Shown: positions 1 to 10,335 of the stretch, in pieces
Position numbering within the stretch: the stretch's first letter is position 1
How the letters are laid out: the number at the start of each line of letters is the position of its first letter
Virus record (IMG/VR): IMGVR_UViG_3300032327_000953
Span: 96,001 to 160,000 of that record
Direction: 5' to 3' (one strand)
Length of the DNA stretch: 64,000 nt
From: a virus
Taxonomy: Duplodnaviria > Caudoviricetes
Program-made: the position numbers and the translations under genes
The notes under the pieces: model-generated
What the model saw: only the letters and a program-made list of their open reading frames with translations
What the model was told of the DNA's origin: nothing
Database searches by the model: none

Positions 1-963
1 CTGCTCGCCCCAACCATAGAAACCGGCTCTCTTCTGACGGTGTAGAGTGTCGTCCTCGAAAATCTGGACTTCTTCTCTAACTGGCATAATAAAGCTGTCT
101 CTCTTGCGCATGTCAAGACCAACTACCATTTCTGCTTTACCGGCTGGCATAGAGCCACTTAGAACGTTTTCAAAGAAGAGTTGGTATTGCTGACCTTCAC
201 CTAGTTCATCAAGGTCATGTAGATTAATACCAAAGACTCTATTAAGAGTGCCATCGGCAGCAGTATAGATCTCACGACGAGTAACCTCGTCAACTTGATC
301 AATACCCCAGTTACGAATATCTTCCATTGACTCTGGGGAAACATAAAGATCAGTTAACATGCCACGGTTGGTACTAGCTGAGTTACCACCACCGTTTCTA
401 CGCATAACTGTCTTCATGAGACTTACGAGTCTCTTTGTAAACTGACCACTGCTAGCGTCACTATCGAACACAACGATGTTGCGATCAACACCAGCAGCTA
501 GTAGTGTGTGCCAGCCGTCATCATTCATCTTCTTGACGAATTGACCTTCTAGCACTTCCATAGCGCGACCGACTACGTCCCAACGAGCATCACGAGCATA
601 CTTAAGCAACCAGTCAACACTAGCACCAATATCATATGTTGGTACCATGACGTAATCGCTCTCGATATGACGCTCTGGAATATATCCATGGTTAGGAATA
701 GTATAGGCCACAAAGTCCTTCTCTGTGCCTGGAGCAAGGAAGTCTAAGGGGAATTCTGGTGTGGCGCTTTGAGCCAAACGAATTGGTTCAAAAATGCCTC
801 CTAGAATATCGCCGCTCATGATGCCCTGTCTGAGTGGTAGCTCTAGTGCCTTAGCAAACTCAGAGTTTGCAGCAAGAGCGACCTCTCGGTTCATTGAACC
901 TGAACGAACTAGAAGATCTGTTAGTTCTGGTGATGGTTGAAAAGCTTTATTGTTACCTGTCAT
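1..963 (-). CDS. Major capsid protein (HK97-like), 3' end runs off the window
   Basis: Not in the ORF track. Manual translation from ATG at 963: MTGNNKAFQPSPELTDLLVRSG...PTYDIGASVDWLLKYARDARWDVVGRAM...DDTLHRQKRAGFYGWA, open to base 1. RBS-like GGAG upstream. Position after portal, protease/scaffold and decoration gene. Confidence 0.85.
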   Translation of the reverse strand, partial: MTGNNKAFQPSPELTDLLVRSGSMNREVALAANSEFAKALELPLRQGIMSGDILGGIFEPIRLAQSATPEFPLDFLAPGTEKDFVAYTIPNHGYIPERHIESDYVMVPTYDIGASVDWLLKYARDARWDVVGRAMEVLEGQFVKKMNDDGWHTLLAAGVDRNIVVFDSDASSGQFTKRLVSLMKTVMRRNGGGNSASTNRGMLTDLYVSPESMEDIRNWGIDQVDEVTRREIYTAADGTLNRVFGINLHDLDELGEGQQYQLFFENVLSGSMPAGKAEMVVGLDMRKRDSFIMPVREEVQIFEDDTLHRQKRAGFYGWGEQ

Positions 964-986
964 GGTTTTTCTCCTATGGATATTTA

Positions 987-1436
987 TTATGTTAAGTTGA
1001 CCGATAATTTAGCGTAACCATCAGCGTCAACTGCACTTAAGAACTGACCGATCTTAACTGCGTTTGTGCTAGATGTACCAATTAGTCCGTTAGCACCAAC
1101 ATAAGCGTCAACGCCGGCTGCTGGACTACCAGTTACTTTATTTGTTGTTACCTGACCCTGGCGAAGTAGAGTTACCTTGCCACCGACCTGCACTTCATCT
1201 TTGAACCAGTTGATGTGCTGTCTTGTTAGATCAAGATTAACTACGTCGTTTAGGAGAACACCAACAGGTTTTGCACCAGATACTGTAGCTGCATAGGCAA
1301 CAACTGCGTTGGCATCATCCATCGATACGCCAACACCACCTGTTACCACAGAAGCAACACCACCGCGCTCGGCTGTAGTATTCATGAAAAAAGAAACGTC
1401 TGTTAGAAGTTCAATGCGATCTGGTTTAAGAGCCAT
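987..1436 (-). CDS. Capsid decoration / auxiliary head protein
   Basis: 149 aa, Gly/Val/Ala-rich and beta-type, lying between the scaffold and MCP, the usual position of decoration proteins. Confidence 0.6.
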   Translation of the reverse strand: MALKPDRIELLTDVSFFMNTTAERGGVASVVTGGVGVSMDDANAVVAYAATVSGAKPVGVLLNDVVNLDLTRQHINWFKDEVQVGGKVTLLRQGQVTTNKVTGSPAAGVDAYVGANGLIGTSSTNAVKIGQFLSAVDADGYAKLSVNLT

Positions 1437-1438
1437 TT

Positions 1439-2983
1439 TTATTCTCCCTTATTAAGTGTTTTACCTAATCTACTATAAACAAATTCTACTAAAGCTGAGC
1501 GAGTAGAAGCGACTGATGTTTCGACATCAGAACCGCCAACGCTAAGGTCAACTGATTCTTCAGCTACAACAGTATCCAATACCGTCTCATCAATTTTTGG
1601 TGTTTCAGAAGCCTGGACCTTTTCGGTGGCCTCTTCTTTGGTTTTCTTTTCATCGTCCTTCTTCTTGTTTAATAACCATGGTGGCATCTTGCCAGCAACA
1701 AGGGAAGTAACGGCTGCAAAAGTATCGTCATCTAGACTCTCAAATTGGTCAACAGTACTATTGGCTGTTTCAGCATCAAAACCGTTTTCCATCAAAGAAG
1801 CGGCTCTCTTCATTTTCTTTTCTTTCTTAGCCATTTCTTCTTCTTTCATCTTATAACCAGCAATAGTTTCATTAGCTGTTTCTAGAGCTGCTTTAAGATT
1901 CTTATTCTCTTCATCCTTAGCACTTTCATCTTCTTTGAACTTCTTAGCAGCTTCAGCTTCTGTTGATAGAGCACTGATGGCTGCATCAAGTTCGGCCTTT
2001 AGCTTCTTCATCTCTTCATCCTTGCTTTTCATGGCAGCTTGTAAGGATTCTAGCTGAAGTTGTAGTTCTGTATTATTTGTATTGGTTTCTGTAGTGGCTT
2101 CAACACTACTAACAGATACGGTCTCTGTCTTTTCTGTCGATTCGACCATTTCTGGTTGTAAGTCTGCGCTCATATTAATATTCTCCGTATTAGAGTGAAA
2201 CTGACTATTAGATACACCCAAATTATCAAAATTATCATTTTTTGGTTCGTATAAATTGTCTAATGTAAATATTATACTATCTGGATTGGCTGGTTTGTCA
2301 ACAAAACCTTTTCCAGAAAATGTAATATTTCTTAAAACTCTACCAATTTTATATTCTTCATGTTGTCCTTGACCACCATAAGACCTTAAATATTTAGTAA
2401 GATAGGCAGTGGCATCATTCCTGGTTAAAATTGAAAATTGACCATTACTCTTATTTAATAGCCCATAATCAAAACCCTTAAAAAAGCATTCCATGCTAAC
2501 ATATTTTTGTCCAGATTGAATCTCAGCAATTAATTTTTCTGATCTTTCTTTTAGTTCTGGACTAGCAAATGCTCTATAAATTACTGATCCTGTTAATATA
2601 TGGTATTTTTCTGGTAAATTATCTATGGGTGTATTTTCATTGATTAATATCCCATCTTCTGTAATAGGCCAGTTAGATGTTATATGTCCGATAATTAAAC
2701 CTTCATCATGCTCAAGATTTGTTGGCTTATCTTCTGGAGTATTTCTGGCTGCCCATACTTCTTTTTTGTCGAAAATATCGTCGTTTTTATTCCATGTTGT
2801 ACTTACAAGAATTGATTGTACATAATATAAATCTTCATCATTTAAAGAAGCGATACTCTGCAAAGCCTTACTAATACTATCTGACTTGGAAGATGTTTGA
2901 ATAGCAGAGGCATAAGAAATTGATGCAGATGTTGTTATAAGCTCGGATAAGCCGTCAGCCTCTTCTTGTGGATAGATTTTCAT
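1439..2983 (-). CDS. Prohead protease/scaffold protein
   Basis: N-terminal globular part (NKNDDIF, NLEH...IIGHI, VSMECFF, ITFSGKGFVDKPANP) followed by a long acidic coiled-coil. Lies between portal and MCP. Confidence 0.7.
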   Translation of the reverse strand: MKIYPQEEADGLSELITTSASISYASAIQTSSKSDSISKALQSIASLNDEDLYYVQSILVSTTWNKNDDIFDKKEVWAARNTPEDKPTNLEHDEGLIIGHITSNWPITEDGILINENTPIDNLPEKYHILTGSVIYRAFASPELKERSEKLIAEIQSGQKYVSMECFFKGFDYGLLNKSNGQFSILTRNDATAYLTKYLRSYGGQGQHEEYKIGRVLRNITFSGKGFVDKPANPDSIIFTLDNLYEPKNDNFDNLGVSNSQFHSNTENINMSADLQPEMVESTEKTETVSVSSVEATTETNTNNTELQLQLESLQAAMKSKDEEMKKLKAELDAAISALSTEAEAAKKFKEDESAKDEENKNLKAALETANETIAGYKMKEEEMAKKEKKMKRAASLMENGFDAETANSTVDQFESLDDDTFAAVTSLVAGKMPPWLLNKKKDDEKKTKEEATEKVQASETPKIDETVLDTVVAEESVDLSVGGSDVETSVASTRSALVEFVYSRLGKTLNKGE

Positions 2984-2988
2984 GAGAT

Positions 2989-5187
2989 TTAGCCTTCTTC
3001 AGAATGAATTTGAATATAAAAAGCAGTTTTGGACTGTTTGATTTCTTCAACAGTAAGCTGCTTACCAATAGCACTTGTGAGGTTTTTGAGCCATATATTA
3101 TACCCCATTAATATACTTTTGGTGTTTTTTTGATCTATATCGGCCAGTATTTTGATTAATCCAGCTTCATCTATATTTTCAAATGGCTGTAATGAAAATA
3201 ATACTTTACTCTTTAGAGTTTCTATTTCCTGACTTTCAGTATTAGATAAGCTTCTCAAATTTTTCTTTTGATAAAAATCTAGAAGAATAGGATTGAGGCA
3301 GGAGTTGATCCTATCCTGAGTGTCGTTTGCCCATAACATTAGATGTGCGCCAGTTTGTGGGCTGAATACTTTTGTTTTTCTTTTTGTTTGATCCGTACTA
3401 TTTTTTGGTCTTCCTTGGCCGGGCTGACCGGGCAAAGAACTGGGGACATCCTTTGCCAACTGCGTTGGGCTGTTCTGACCAACTGGTGGCTGCTTAAGCT
3501 CTAATGCTGTCTTCTCTCCAGATTTTTTCTTTTCTAATTCAAGACCTACTTGACCAGGAGTAACAGATCCACTCTGTAATGCTATCTTCTTTAAAGCATT
3601 TTCAAGCTGTGGGTCATGCCATGGTCCAGCTTTTCTTGCCATTCTTTCGCTCTTTCTCTCTCTGGATTCTTTATTTAGTCTGAATTTCTCCATATCGGGA
3701 TCAAAGCCAAATCGTGTTTGCAATAATTCGTCAGATATCAGATTTCTATCTGCTAATTGAATTAGTAGAGCTTTTTCAGCATCTTCATTGCTGAGATCCA
3801 TAGTATCAAATTCAATTTTAGCTGGATACTTAAAACCCATAGCTTTTTGTACTGCAATAATTTCTTTCTCCCAAAACTCTACAAGAATATCACGACCATA
3901 CTGAAGTCTTTGGGTTAGTGTCTTGAGACTAATGAAATTGTTTGTGGTGCCAGCAGCACCGAATGTTCCTGTTAAGGTTGGAGGAATTCCAAGACCAGCA
4001 TAAACACTATTTAAATGTGGAACATATTTAGCTTCGCCAAGAAAATTATGTACATTAGTATTGGATTCTAAGAGTTGAATATCTGGACCCCATACTAAGT
4101 CCATTGTGCCTCCACCAACATTATTACCCAAAATACTAGCTAGTTTTGCTGCTGCTGCTTTGGTTGGAGAAATCTTATGTTCTAGACTTCCTAGTTTAAA
4201 AATACGAATATTTGAAATAGCTCCATCAAGAGCTGCCATATCAGCAAGCTTTAGTTTCTCAATGACTGTAATATCATCCATAATAGCATAGATCATTGGA
4301 TATGCCCAACTCTGCCAATCATCTTTTTTATAATGGAATACTGAGACCTTATTAGGATCTAATGGATATGGCTTTCTTGTTTTTGCTGCTTCAATAATTT
4401 GTGGTGGAAGTTTGGATACGATGTCTTGTTCATTTTGATTTTTGGGACTATTAACAGTTTTTCTTAAACCAGCTGGTAAAACTAACTCGTATCTTTTTTC
4501 TGAAACGAATGAAGATAACTGACCAGCAGATACCTCAACATAAACAGGATCTATGAAAGTATATTTCCAAGGAATTTCTCTTTTTTCTAATTGTAAATTA
4601 TCAAGATCATCAATGATCATATCGGGAGCAGCCACTGCTTGATATAGTTTATCTGCAACTTTTAAACTAAGTTTTCCTGTTTGTCTATTAACTACAACAT
4701 TACCAGTTTTATATAGATTATTTAAGAATCTTTCAGTTCTATCTTTTCCTCTTACTCTCTTAAACCACTGACGATAAAATCTTTCAATTCTCTTATTTTT
4801 ATGTACAAGCTTGATTCCTTGAGCTGCAAAATCACCCATGAGATCAATTACATTTTTTACTAATCCAACTTTTTGATATATATCATCAGCTCTTCTAAGA
4901 ATAGCTTTGACTTGAGTTGGTACTGCTTCAGATGGTCTAAAGAAATCATAATCAGAACGAGTTAAACCAGGACGACCACCGACATTGGGAGTAAGATTAG
5001 AATAGTCGATTCCATATCTTAAAGATCCCTGAGCTTTCTGAATGCCTATATATTCTTCCAAAGATCCAGCATTAGCGTCTAGTGCTGCTTGCCTACTAGC
5101 CTGATCATCTCCCCATGTAATATAGGCCGGAATATCGGTCGATGAGCTATTTTGGATTGATTCGCTTTTTGGATACTTTTTGGCCAT
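2989..5187 (-). CDS. Portal protein
   Basis: 732 aa directly downstream of the terminase. Helical content and motifs (LVKNVIDLMGDF, GIPPTLTG, LQYGRDIL..FW) typical of large-phage portals. Confidence 0.8.
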   Translation of the reverse strand: MAKKYPKSESIQNSSSTDIPAYITWGDDQASRQAALDANAGSLEEYIGIQKAQGSLRYGIDYSNLTPNVGGRPGLTRSDYDFFRPSEAVPTQVKAILRRADDIYQKVGLVKNVIDLMGDFAAQGIKLVHKNKRIERFYRQWFKRVRGKDRTERFLNNLYKTGNVVVNRQTGKLSLKVADKLYQAVAAPDMIIDDLDNLQLEKREIPWKYTFIDPVYVEVSAGQLSSFVSEKRYELVLPAGLRKTVNSPKNQNEQDIVSKLPPQIIEAAKTRKPYPLDPNKVSVFHYKKDDWQSWAYPMIYAIMDDITVIEKLKLADMAALDGAISNIRIFKLGSLEHKISPTKAAAAKLASILGNNVGGGTMDLVWGPDIQLLESNTNVHNFLGEAKYVPHLNSVYAGLGIPPTLTGTFGAAGTTNNFISLKTLTQRLQYGRDILVEFWEKEIIAVQKAMGFKYPAKIEFDTMDLSNEDAEKALLIQLADRNLISDELLQTRFGFDPDMEKFRLNKESRERKSERMARKAGPWHDPQLENALKKIALQSGSVTPGQVGLELEKKKSGEKTALELKQPPVGQNSPTQLAKDVPSSLPGQPGQGRPKNSTDQTKRKTKVFSPQTGAHLMLWANDTQDRINSCLNPILLDFYQKKNLRSLSNTESQEIETLKSKVLFSLQPFENIDEAGLIKILADIDQKNTKSILMGYNIWLKNLTSAIGKQLTVEEIKQSKTAFYIQIHSEEG

Positions 5188-5236
5188 AATTGTAATCTAA
5201 TTGTAATGGGAATGTATTGATATTGATCTATACACC

Positions 5237-7276
5237 TTAGTTCTTATATATTCCTTTATATATATCGTCATTCGCACCTCCAGTAAACCACTCTGGCCCC
5301 TTATATAGTTTATCATCATCAGATGGTGCTATGTTTGTTCTAAAGTCACCAATCATATTATATTCCATTGGTTTCATTGCTCTGGCAAGCTGTCTGGCCA
5401 ACATGTTAGCTATAACTAATGCGCTATATCGGTCTTTTCTTAATCTTCCTTTTTTGCCATTAGGCATTTTAACTTCTGGAGTATCCCATCTATCTCTAGC
5501 ATTAGAACCAGTACTAGTTTGAGTCATAACTATAGTAGTTAATTCATTTTTCAATTCTTCTATTTCTAAAATACATTCGCTATATGTATCATATATTGGA
5601 TTTAAATCTGTAGAAACTATATCTCTACCCTCAGCATCAAGAGCTAGTCCTAATGTAAGATTATCAAAGCGTGGAAATAATAATAACTTATCTTCTAGAT
5701 CTTTACGTAAACCATGATTAGCCTGTGCTGTCCAATCGGCTTTAGCAAATTGCACTAATTCTAGAATATGTAATCCTGCTTGATCATCAGTATCTCTAGA
5801 TTTATTTGGATCTACTGCTGGCCATATTAGATTTTCTCCTTCTTCTAATTTTGATGGATCATGAAATGCTTCTTCAATTGCCACACCACCACCCTGAGCA
5901 TCCATTCCTATTCGTATGGGAGGAAAACTTTTCATTAGATTGCGAATTTTTCTACAACAGAATCCATAAAAATCATGTTCATTAATTAATCCAGTTTTCT
6001 GTCTTTCTTTAAAATTAGCTCGATTAGTAGACCATCCATATACTACCCTATTATGATCATGATGAACTTCTATAATTACTATGCTAAAATTATCTTGTTC
6101 ACTAGCTGGGTCGATTCCATAAACATATTTACAGTCAGGATTGCCTTTTGTGGATGCATCAAATATAATTGATTTATCATTAACTTTAATATTATTAGAG
6201 TCTCCCACAACGCAGCTCTCAATTAAACTTCTTCTGAAGAATCCTTCGCTATCGCTAATAAAACAAGCAGCATATTCCATATTATAAATACCAGAATGTA
6301 TAGTAGCTTTTGCTCTACTTACTTGCTTATCATCCATGAATCCTTTTGGAATTAATTCATACGGGATACGAATGATTGAATAATCTTGCCAATTAAAATT
6401 ACTGGGAACTTCTCCTTTAAAAATTTCTTCTAATTTTCTAACATCTCCTCTGCTTTCAATAATTCCCTTGTATCTTTTCCAATAACTGGCAAAATGCTTG
6501 AAACCATAATCAGCAGTTCCAGATATGATGGCTTGATTTCCCATTTTGAAATTAATAATATCTAATTCATCATTCCATAATCCTGCTTCAATCATAGCTT
6601 GTCTTTTAGCTTGCTCTTTAACATTCTGTATTGGACTAGCGGATACGGCAGCGAATCCCGATACTACTGTCTCATAAATCTCTGGACTTATAGATGCAAA
6701 TTCGTCTGCAATGATAATATGGGCACGCAAACCTCTAATCTTACTTCCATCACCCATAGGAATAGCTATGGTCCAACTATCTCCTAGTCTCATAGTACAT
6801 CTATCAACGTCTCTTCTTGGTCCGTCATCATTGCCATTAAAAATACTTCTTAATATTGGACTACCTCTCCAAATAGTTTCCATATATTCAAAAATAATCT
6901 TACTCTGACGAAAAGCAGCACCGACAACCACAATCTTGGTTCCTGGAAAGAATGTCATTCGTAAAATACAGTATAATGATAGAAGAAATGATTTACCCCA
7001 ACCACGACTTGCAACATACATGGGAAATGCTCGTACCCAAAATTCTTGCAAAATACAAATCTGCATAGGATGCAACTCAATATTGAAAAGAAGTTTACAT
7101 GTTGATCCAATATATTTTGGATTTCTCAGTATCCTCATTAAATGAAGATCTGGATTTTCTATCTCCTTTTCAGTTCTATTGATCATAAGATTATGACCAA
7201 GAGATAATGAAGATATTTCTCCTAAGCCTAACCAGGCATCGTCAAATCTTGTTGTTTGATTTACTGTGGATTTCAA
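5237..7276 (-). CDS. terL: Terminase large subunit
   Basis: Walker A-like ASRGWGKS, Walker B IIADE, coupling motif ISGT, nuclease-domain YGIDPA and C-terminal KDRYSAL. Confidence 0.92.
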   Translation of the reverse strand: MKSTVNQTTRFDDAWLGLGEISSLSLGHNLMINRTEKEIENPDLHLMRILRNPKYIGSTCKLLFNIELHPMQICILQEFWVRAFPMYVASRGWGKSFLLSLYCILRMTFFPGTKIVVVGAAFRQSKIIFEYMETIWRGSPILRSIFNGNDDGPRRDVDRCTMRLGDSWTIAIPMGDGSKIRGLRAHIIIADEFASISPEIYETVVSGFAAVSASPIQNVKEQAKRQAMIEAGLWNDELDIINFKMGNQAIISGTADYGFKHFASYWKRYKGIIESRGDVRKLEEIFKGEVPSNFNWQDYSIIRIPYELIPKGFMDDKQVSRAKATIHSGIYNMEYAACFISDSEGFFRRSLIESCVVGDSNNIKVNDKSIIFDASTKGNPDCKYVYGIDPASEQDNFSIVIIEVHHDHNRVVYGWSTNRANFKERQKTGLINEHDFYGFCCRKIRNLMKSFPPIRIGMDAQGGGVAIEEAFHDPSKLEEGENLIWPAVDPNKSRDTDDQAGLHILELVQFAKADWTAQANHGLRKDLEDKLLLFPRFDNLTLGLALDAEGRDIVSTDLNPIYDTYSECILEIEELKNELTTIVMTQTSTGSNARDRWDTPEVKMPNGKKGRLRKDRYSALVIANMLARQLARAMKPMEYNMIGDFRTNIAPSDDDKLYKGPEWFTGGANDDIYKGIYKN

Positions 7277-7724
7277 GATAATATACCTTATTCATTATGA
7301 ATTCTGCCATTTTTTCTGCATTGCTTGGACATCCGCAAAATACTACTTTGATATTATGATACATTTGCCATTCTAATATGTGTTTCATAATAAAGCTTGG
7401 ACTGATCTTAACTTTATCCCACATTTTCTTAGGTAATGTGGATCCTATCGGATAGCTAAGAACATTCTCTAAGTCAAATTCTAAAAGAATATATGAATGT
7501 TTAATTTTTGAAAGTCTCTCTATTACATCTTTGAATCTGGGTTCAATAATATTATTTGCTATTTCATTAATACTCTTTTTTCTTTCAATAGCTAATAGAT
7601 TCTCTAGTCCCTCAATGCTATAGTCTCCGGTATCTAGTTTTCTATTAGCAATAGCATAGTTATCAAAACTCCATGGTTGCTGCTCTCTAGTATCTACTAT
7701 TATAGTAAAATCATTTTTTATCAT
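7242..7724 (-). CDS. ERCC4-family nuclease (putative resolvase)
   Basis: IIVDTREQQP...LDTGDYS...IERKK pattern of ERCC4/XPF domains. Confidence 0.85.
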   Translation of the reverse strand: MIKNDFTIIVDTREQQPWSFDNYAIANRKLDTGDYSIEGLENLLAIERKKSINEIANNIIEPRFKDVIERLSKIKHSYILLEFDLENVLSYPIGSTLPKKMWDKVKISPSFIMKHILEWQMYHNIKVVFCGCPSNAEKMAEFIMNKVYYLEIHSKSNNKI

Positions 7725-7983
7725 AATGTTCAGCCACTATTTTTAGGAAAACTGCCTCATAAATTGCTTCCATGCCCGTTATCATCTTATGATGTTCTTT
7801 GCATAAGGTGATTCCATTTTTTGGTTCAAATCTTAATCCAGGATAATGCGCCCATTGTTTAATATGATGAGCATTAAGTTTTTTCTTAATAGAACATCCT
7901 GGCCATTGGCATTTGTGATTATCTCGTGAATAAACTTCTTTGCGCCATTTTTTGTATAAAGGATCATTGAAATCTCTAAGCAT
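7711..7983 (-). CDS. Small HNH endonuclease (packaging-associated type)
   Basis: CQWPGC...LNAHHIK...NGITLCKEHH. Start taken at the second Met (MLRDFNDP). Confidence 0.85.
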   Translation of the reverse strand: MLRDFNDPLYKKWRKEVYSRDNHKCQWPGCSIKKKLNAHHIKQWAHYPGLRFEPKNGITLCKEHHKMITGMEAIYEAVFLKIVAEHYDKK

Positions 7984-8968
7984 GAGTAAAAACCTCAATA
8001 TCATTAGTTACCATATCTTTTACTAAATCTTCAAAACTAATTTGTGGAAACCATTTTAATTCTCGTCTAGCCCTATCGCTCTTACCGCATAAATAATCTA
8101 CTTCGGCCGGACGATATAAGTTATGGTCTATCTCAACATGTTTAGTATAGTCTAAGTTAACATATTCAAATGCTGTTTTAAGAAACTCAAGAACAGTATG
8201 GGTTTTACCAGTACAGATAACATAGTCTTGAGGATAATCATTTTGTAACATTAAAAACATTGCATTCACATAATCCTTAGCATGGCCCCAGTCTCTGCTA
8301 GAATTAAGATTACCGAGTTTTAAATTTTCTTTAATATTATGATTTACTAGTTGTCCTATATATTTGGTAATCTTTCGTGTAACAAATTGTTCTCCTCGTC
8401 TCGGACTTTCATGATTAAATAAAATACCACTCACGGCAAATATACCATATGCTTCTCGATATATCTGTACTAATCTGTGAGATGCTAGCTTTGCAACACC
8501 ATAAGGACTTTGTGGTAATAGTTCTGTAGTTTCATCTTGATATTTAACGCCATCTTTATCTGTGCTAAAATTACGACCAAACATTTCACTTGTGCTAGCT
8601 TGATAAAATTTGGTGGTGGGAGATGTTCTTCTGATAGATTCTAATATGTTGACTACTCCAACCGTATCTATTTGAAATGTTGTTGATGGCTGCTTAAAGC
8701 TTGTTCCAACATGACTTTGAGCTGCTAAATTATAAAACTCATCTGGTTGATAATGATTAATAATATAGTCGCAGATACTAGGATCGGTAATATCAAATTC
8801 TTCCAATTGAAACTCTGGATTATCTATTAGATGATTTATTCTTTCAAAATTATTGATACTACTTCTTCTGTGTAAACCAATAACTTTATATTTGTGTTTC
8901 AGTAGTAGCTCCGACAGATAGGAACCGTCTTGTCCAGTGATACCAGAAACTAATGCTATTTTAGCCAC
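7976..8968 (-). CDS. gmd: GDP-mannose 4,6-dehydratase
   Basis: GITGQDGSYL, YNLAAQSHV, FYQASTSEMFG, SPYGVAK, LFNHESPRRG, RDWGHAKDYV: the full Gmd motif set. Confidence 0.97.
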   Translation of the reverse strand: MAKIALVSGITGQDGSYLSELLLKHKYKVIGLHRRSSINNFERINHLIDNPEFQLEEFDITDPSICDYIINHYQPDEFYNLAAQSHVGTSFKQPSTTFQIDTVGVVNILESIRRTSPTTKFYQASTSEMFGRNFSTDKDGVKYQDETTELLPQSPYGVAKLASHRLVQIYREAYGIFAVSGILFNHESPRRGEQFVTRKITKYIGQLVNHNIKENLKLGNLNSSRDWGHAKDYVNAMFLMLQNDYPQDYVICTGKTHTVLEFLKTAFEYVNLDYTKHVEIDHNLYRPAEVDYLCGKSDRARRELKWFPQISFEDLVKDMVTNDIEVFTHA

Positions 8969-9524
8969 GATATGCTCCTTCTGTTTTTTTCACAACCCAA
9001 CAATCACCATGCATTGTGTTAATATTGGAAAATTTTTCATTTACTGCTTGCTTAACACCAGGATGATAGTGCGAATAATCATGACCAGCTATATATCCAT
9101 TAAATTTAACTTTAGGATACCACGCTTCAATATCTTCTTTAACACATTCATACATATGACACATATCAATAAATACTACATCTAAAGATTTGTCTTCAAA
9201 GTTTTTTGAAGCTTCTAATGAATTTGATTTGATAGTAGTAAATTTTCTATTTCCCATATTATTTAAAAATAGTTGGTATATATCATGTGTTTTAGCTAAA
9301 CTATGAGTATCATCAATTTCTTCAATAGATCCTTTCCAATTATCAACAATAAATACATTAATATTTTTAGATAGTGACTGAATTTTATCACATAAGTAAG
9401 CTGAGCTTTTACCTAGCCAAGCTCCTCCTTCCACAAAGGTACCATTTTCTGGTATGCTATCTATAAGAAAATCAAAAGTTTCTTCGTAATTAAACCATCC
9501 GTCTATTTGATCTGAATTTTTCAA
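8961..9524 (-). CDS. Class I SAM-dependent methyltransferase (Methyltransf_24-like)
   Basis: FVEGGAWLGKS SAM-binding motif, VFIDMCH.YE, GYIAGHDY. Confidence 0.85.
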   Translation of the reverse strand: MKNSDQIDGWFNYEETFDFLIDSIPENGTFVEGGAWLGKSSAYLCDKIQSLSKNINVFIVDNWKGSIEEIDDTHSLAKTHDIYQLFLNNMGNRKFTTIKSNSLEASKNFEDKSLDVVFIDMCHMYECVKEDIEAWYPKVKFNGYIAGHDYSHYHPGVKQAVNEKFSNINTMHGDCWVVKKTEGAYRG

Positions 9525-9528
9525 GATA

Positions 9529-10335
9529 TTATTCCTTTACTGTGTCTGGTGTTAAAAAGGGACGATCTATTACTCCGTCTTGATAAGTATGTAGTTCAGA
9601 CATTTTTTTCAAGTTGTTTTGCGCTGCCATACTTAGTATAGCTATTTCCTTACCTTCTTTTTCTCTCAACTCTTCATCTTCCAACATTCGGATTAATCCT
9701 GTCCAACTACTTTTTCCATCTTCTATTCTTTTTATTCTTTGTTCTCGTGTAGCTTTAAGATCTTTACTAATTTTTTGCTGTTCATTAAGAAGCTTGGTAT
9801 ACTCATTAGTGTAATTAGCGATACTGTTGCGGGCAAACGAAAGTTGAGTTTCAAGATTAGCCAGTTTAGGAATATCTCGTTGATCTTCAGGTTTTTCATA
9901 TTCTTTATCAACCTGTCTTTGGAGTTTTTCGGTTTCTGCTATATGACGCTTTCTTTCTTTCATGCTTCTATTAATAAGAATATCAATTGTGATAAATTGT
10001 TTGATCTGTAATTCTTCTGCTGGTAAAACGTCTTCTCTAAATTGTTTTATTAAACCAACCCATGTATCTTCAAAATACTGAAGTTCGCCCGTATCTTCAT
10101 CAAACTGACGTTTAATTTCATTCCAGAATGTTTTGCTATGTAATTTATACTTCAAATAATCATTATTATTTTTTTCAGTATCTGGAATCATTAGAGCCTG
10201 CTCATCAATATATCTTTTAATTGGAGCGGAGCTTCGATTTAGTTGTTCTGCTATTTGATCTATAGTGAGAGATTCAACATTATCTCTAATGAATTTCTCT
10301 TCATCTAGTCCTAGCTGTCCTCGCTTTTTTGGCAT
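9529..10335 (-). CDS. HTH plus coiled-coil protein, possible terminase small subunit
   Basis: N-terminal HTH-like segment (TIDQIAEQLNRSSAPIKRYI), long coiled-coil, upstream of terL. The function is an inference. Confidence 0.35.
   Translation of the reverse strand: MPKKRGQLGLDEEKFIRDNVESLTIDQIAEQLNRSSAPIKRYIDEQALMIPDTEKNNNDYLKYKLHSKTFWNEIKRQFDEDTGELQYFEDTWVGLIKQFREDVLPAEELQIKQFITIDILINRSMKERKRHIAETEKLQRQVDKEYEKPEDQRDIPKLANLETQLSFARNSIANYTNEYTKLLNEQQKISKDLKATREQRIKRIEDGKSSWTGLIRMLEDEELREKEGKEIAILSMAAQNNLKKMSELHTYQDGVIDRPFLTPDTVKE

Noticed and set aside
5237-7276. Intron or intein in the terminase
   Set aside because: The ORF is continuous, the motifs are in normal order and no Hint blocks were seen.
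1626-9185. Short plus-strand ORFs inside the head/packaging operon
   Set aside because: Antisense shadows of well-supported minus-strand genes.
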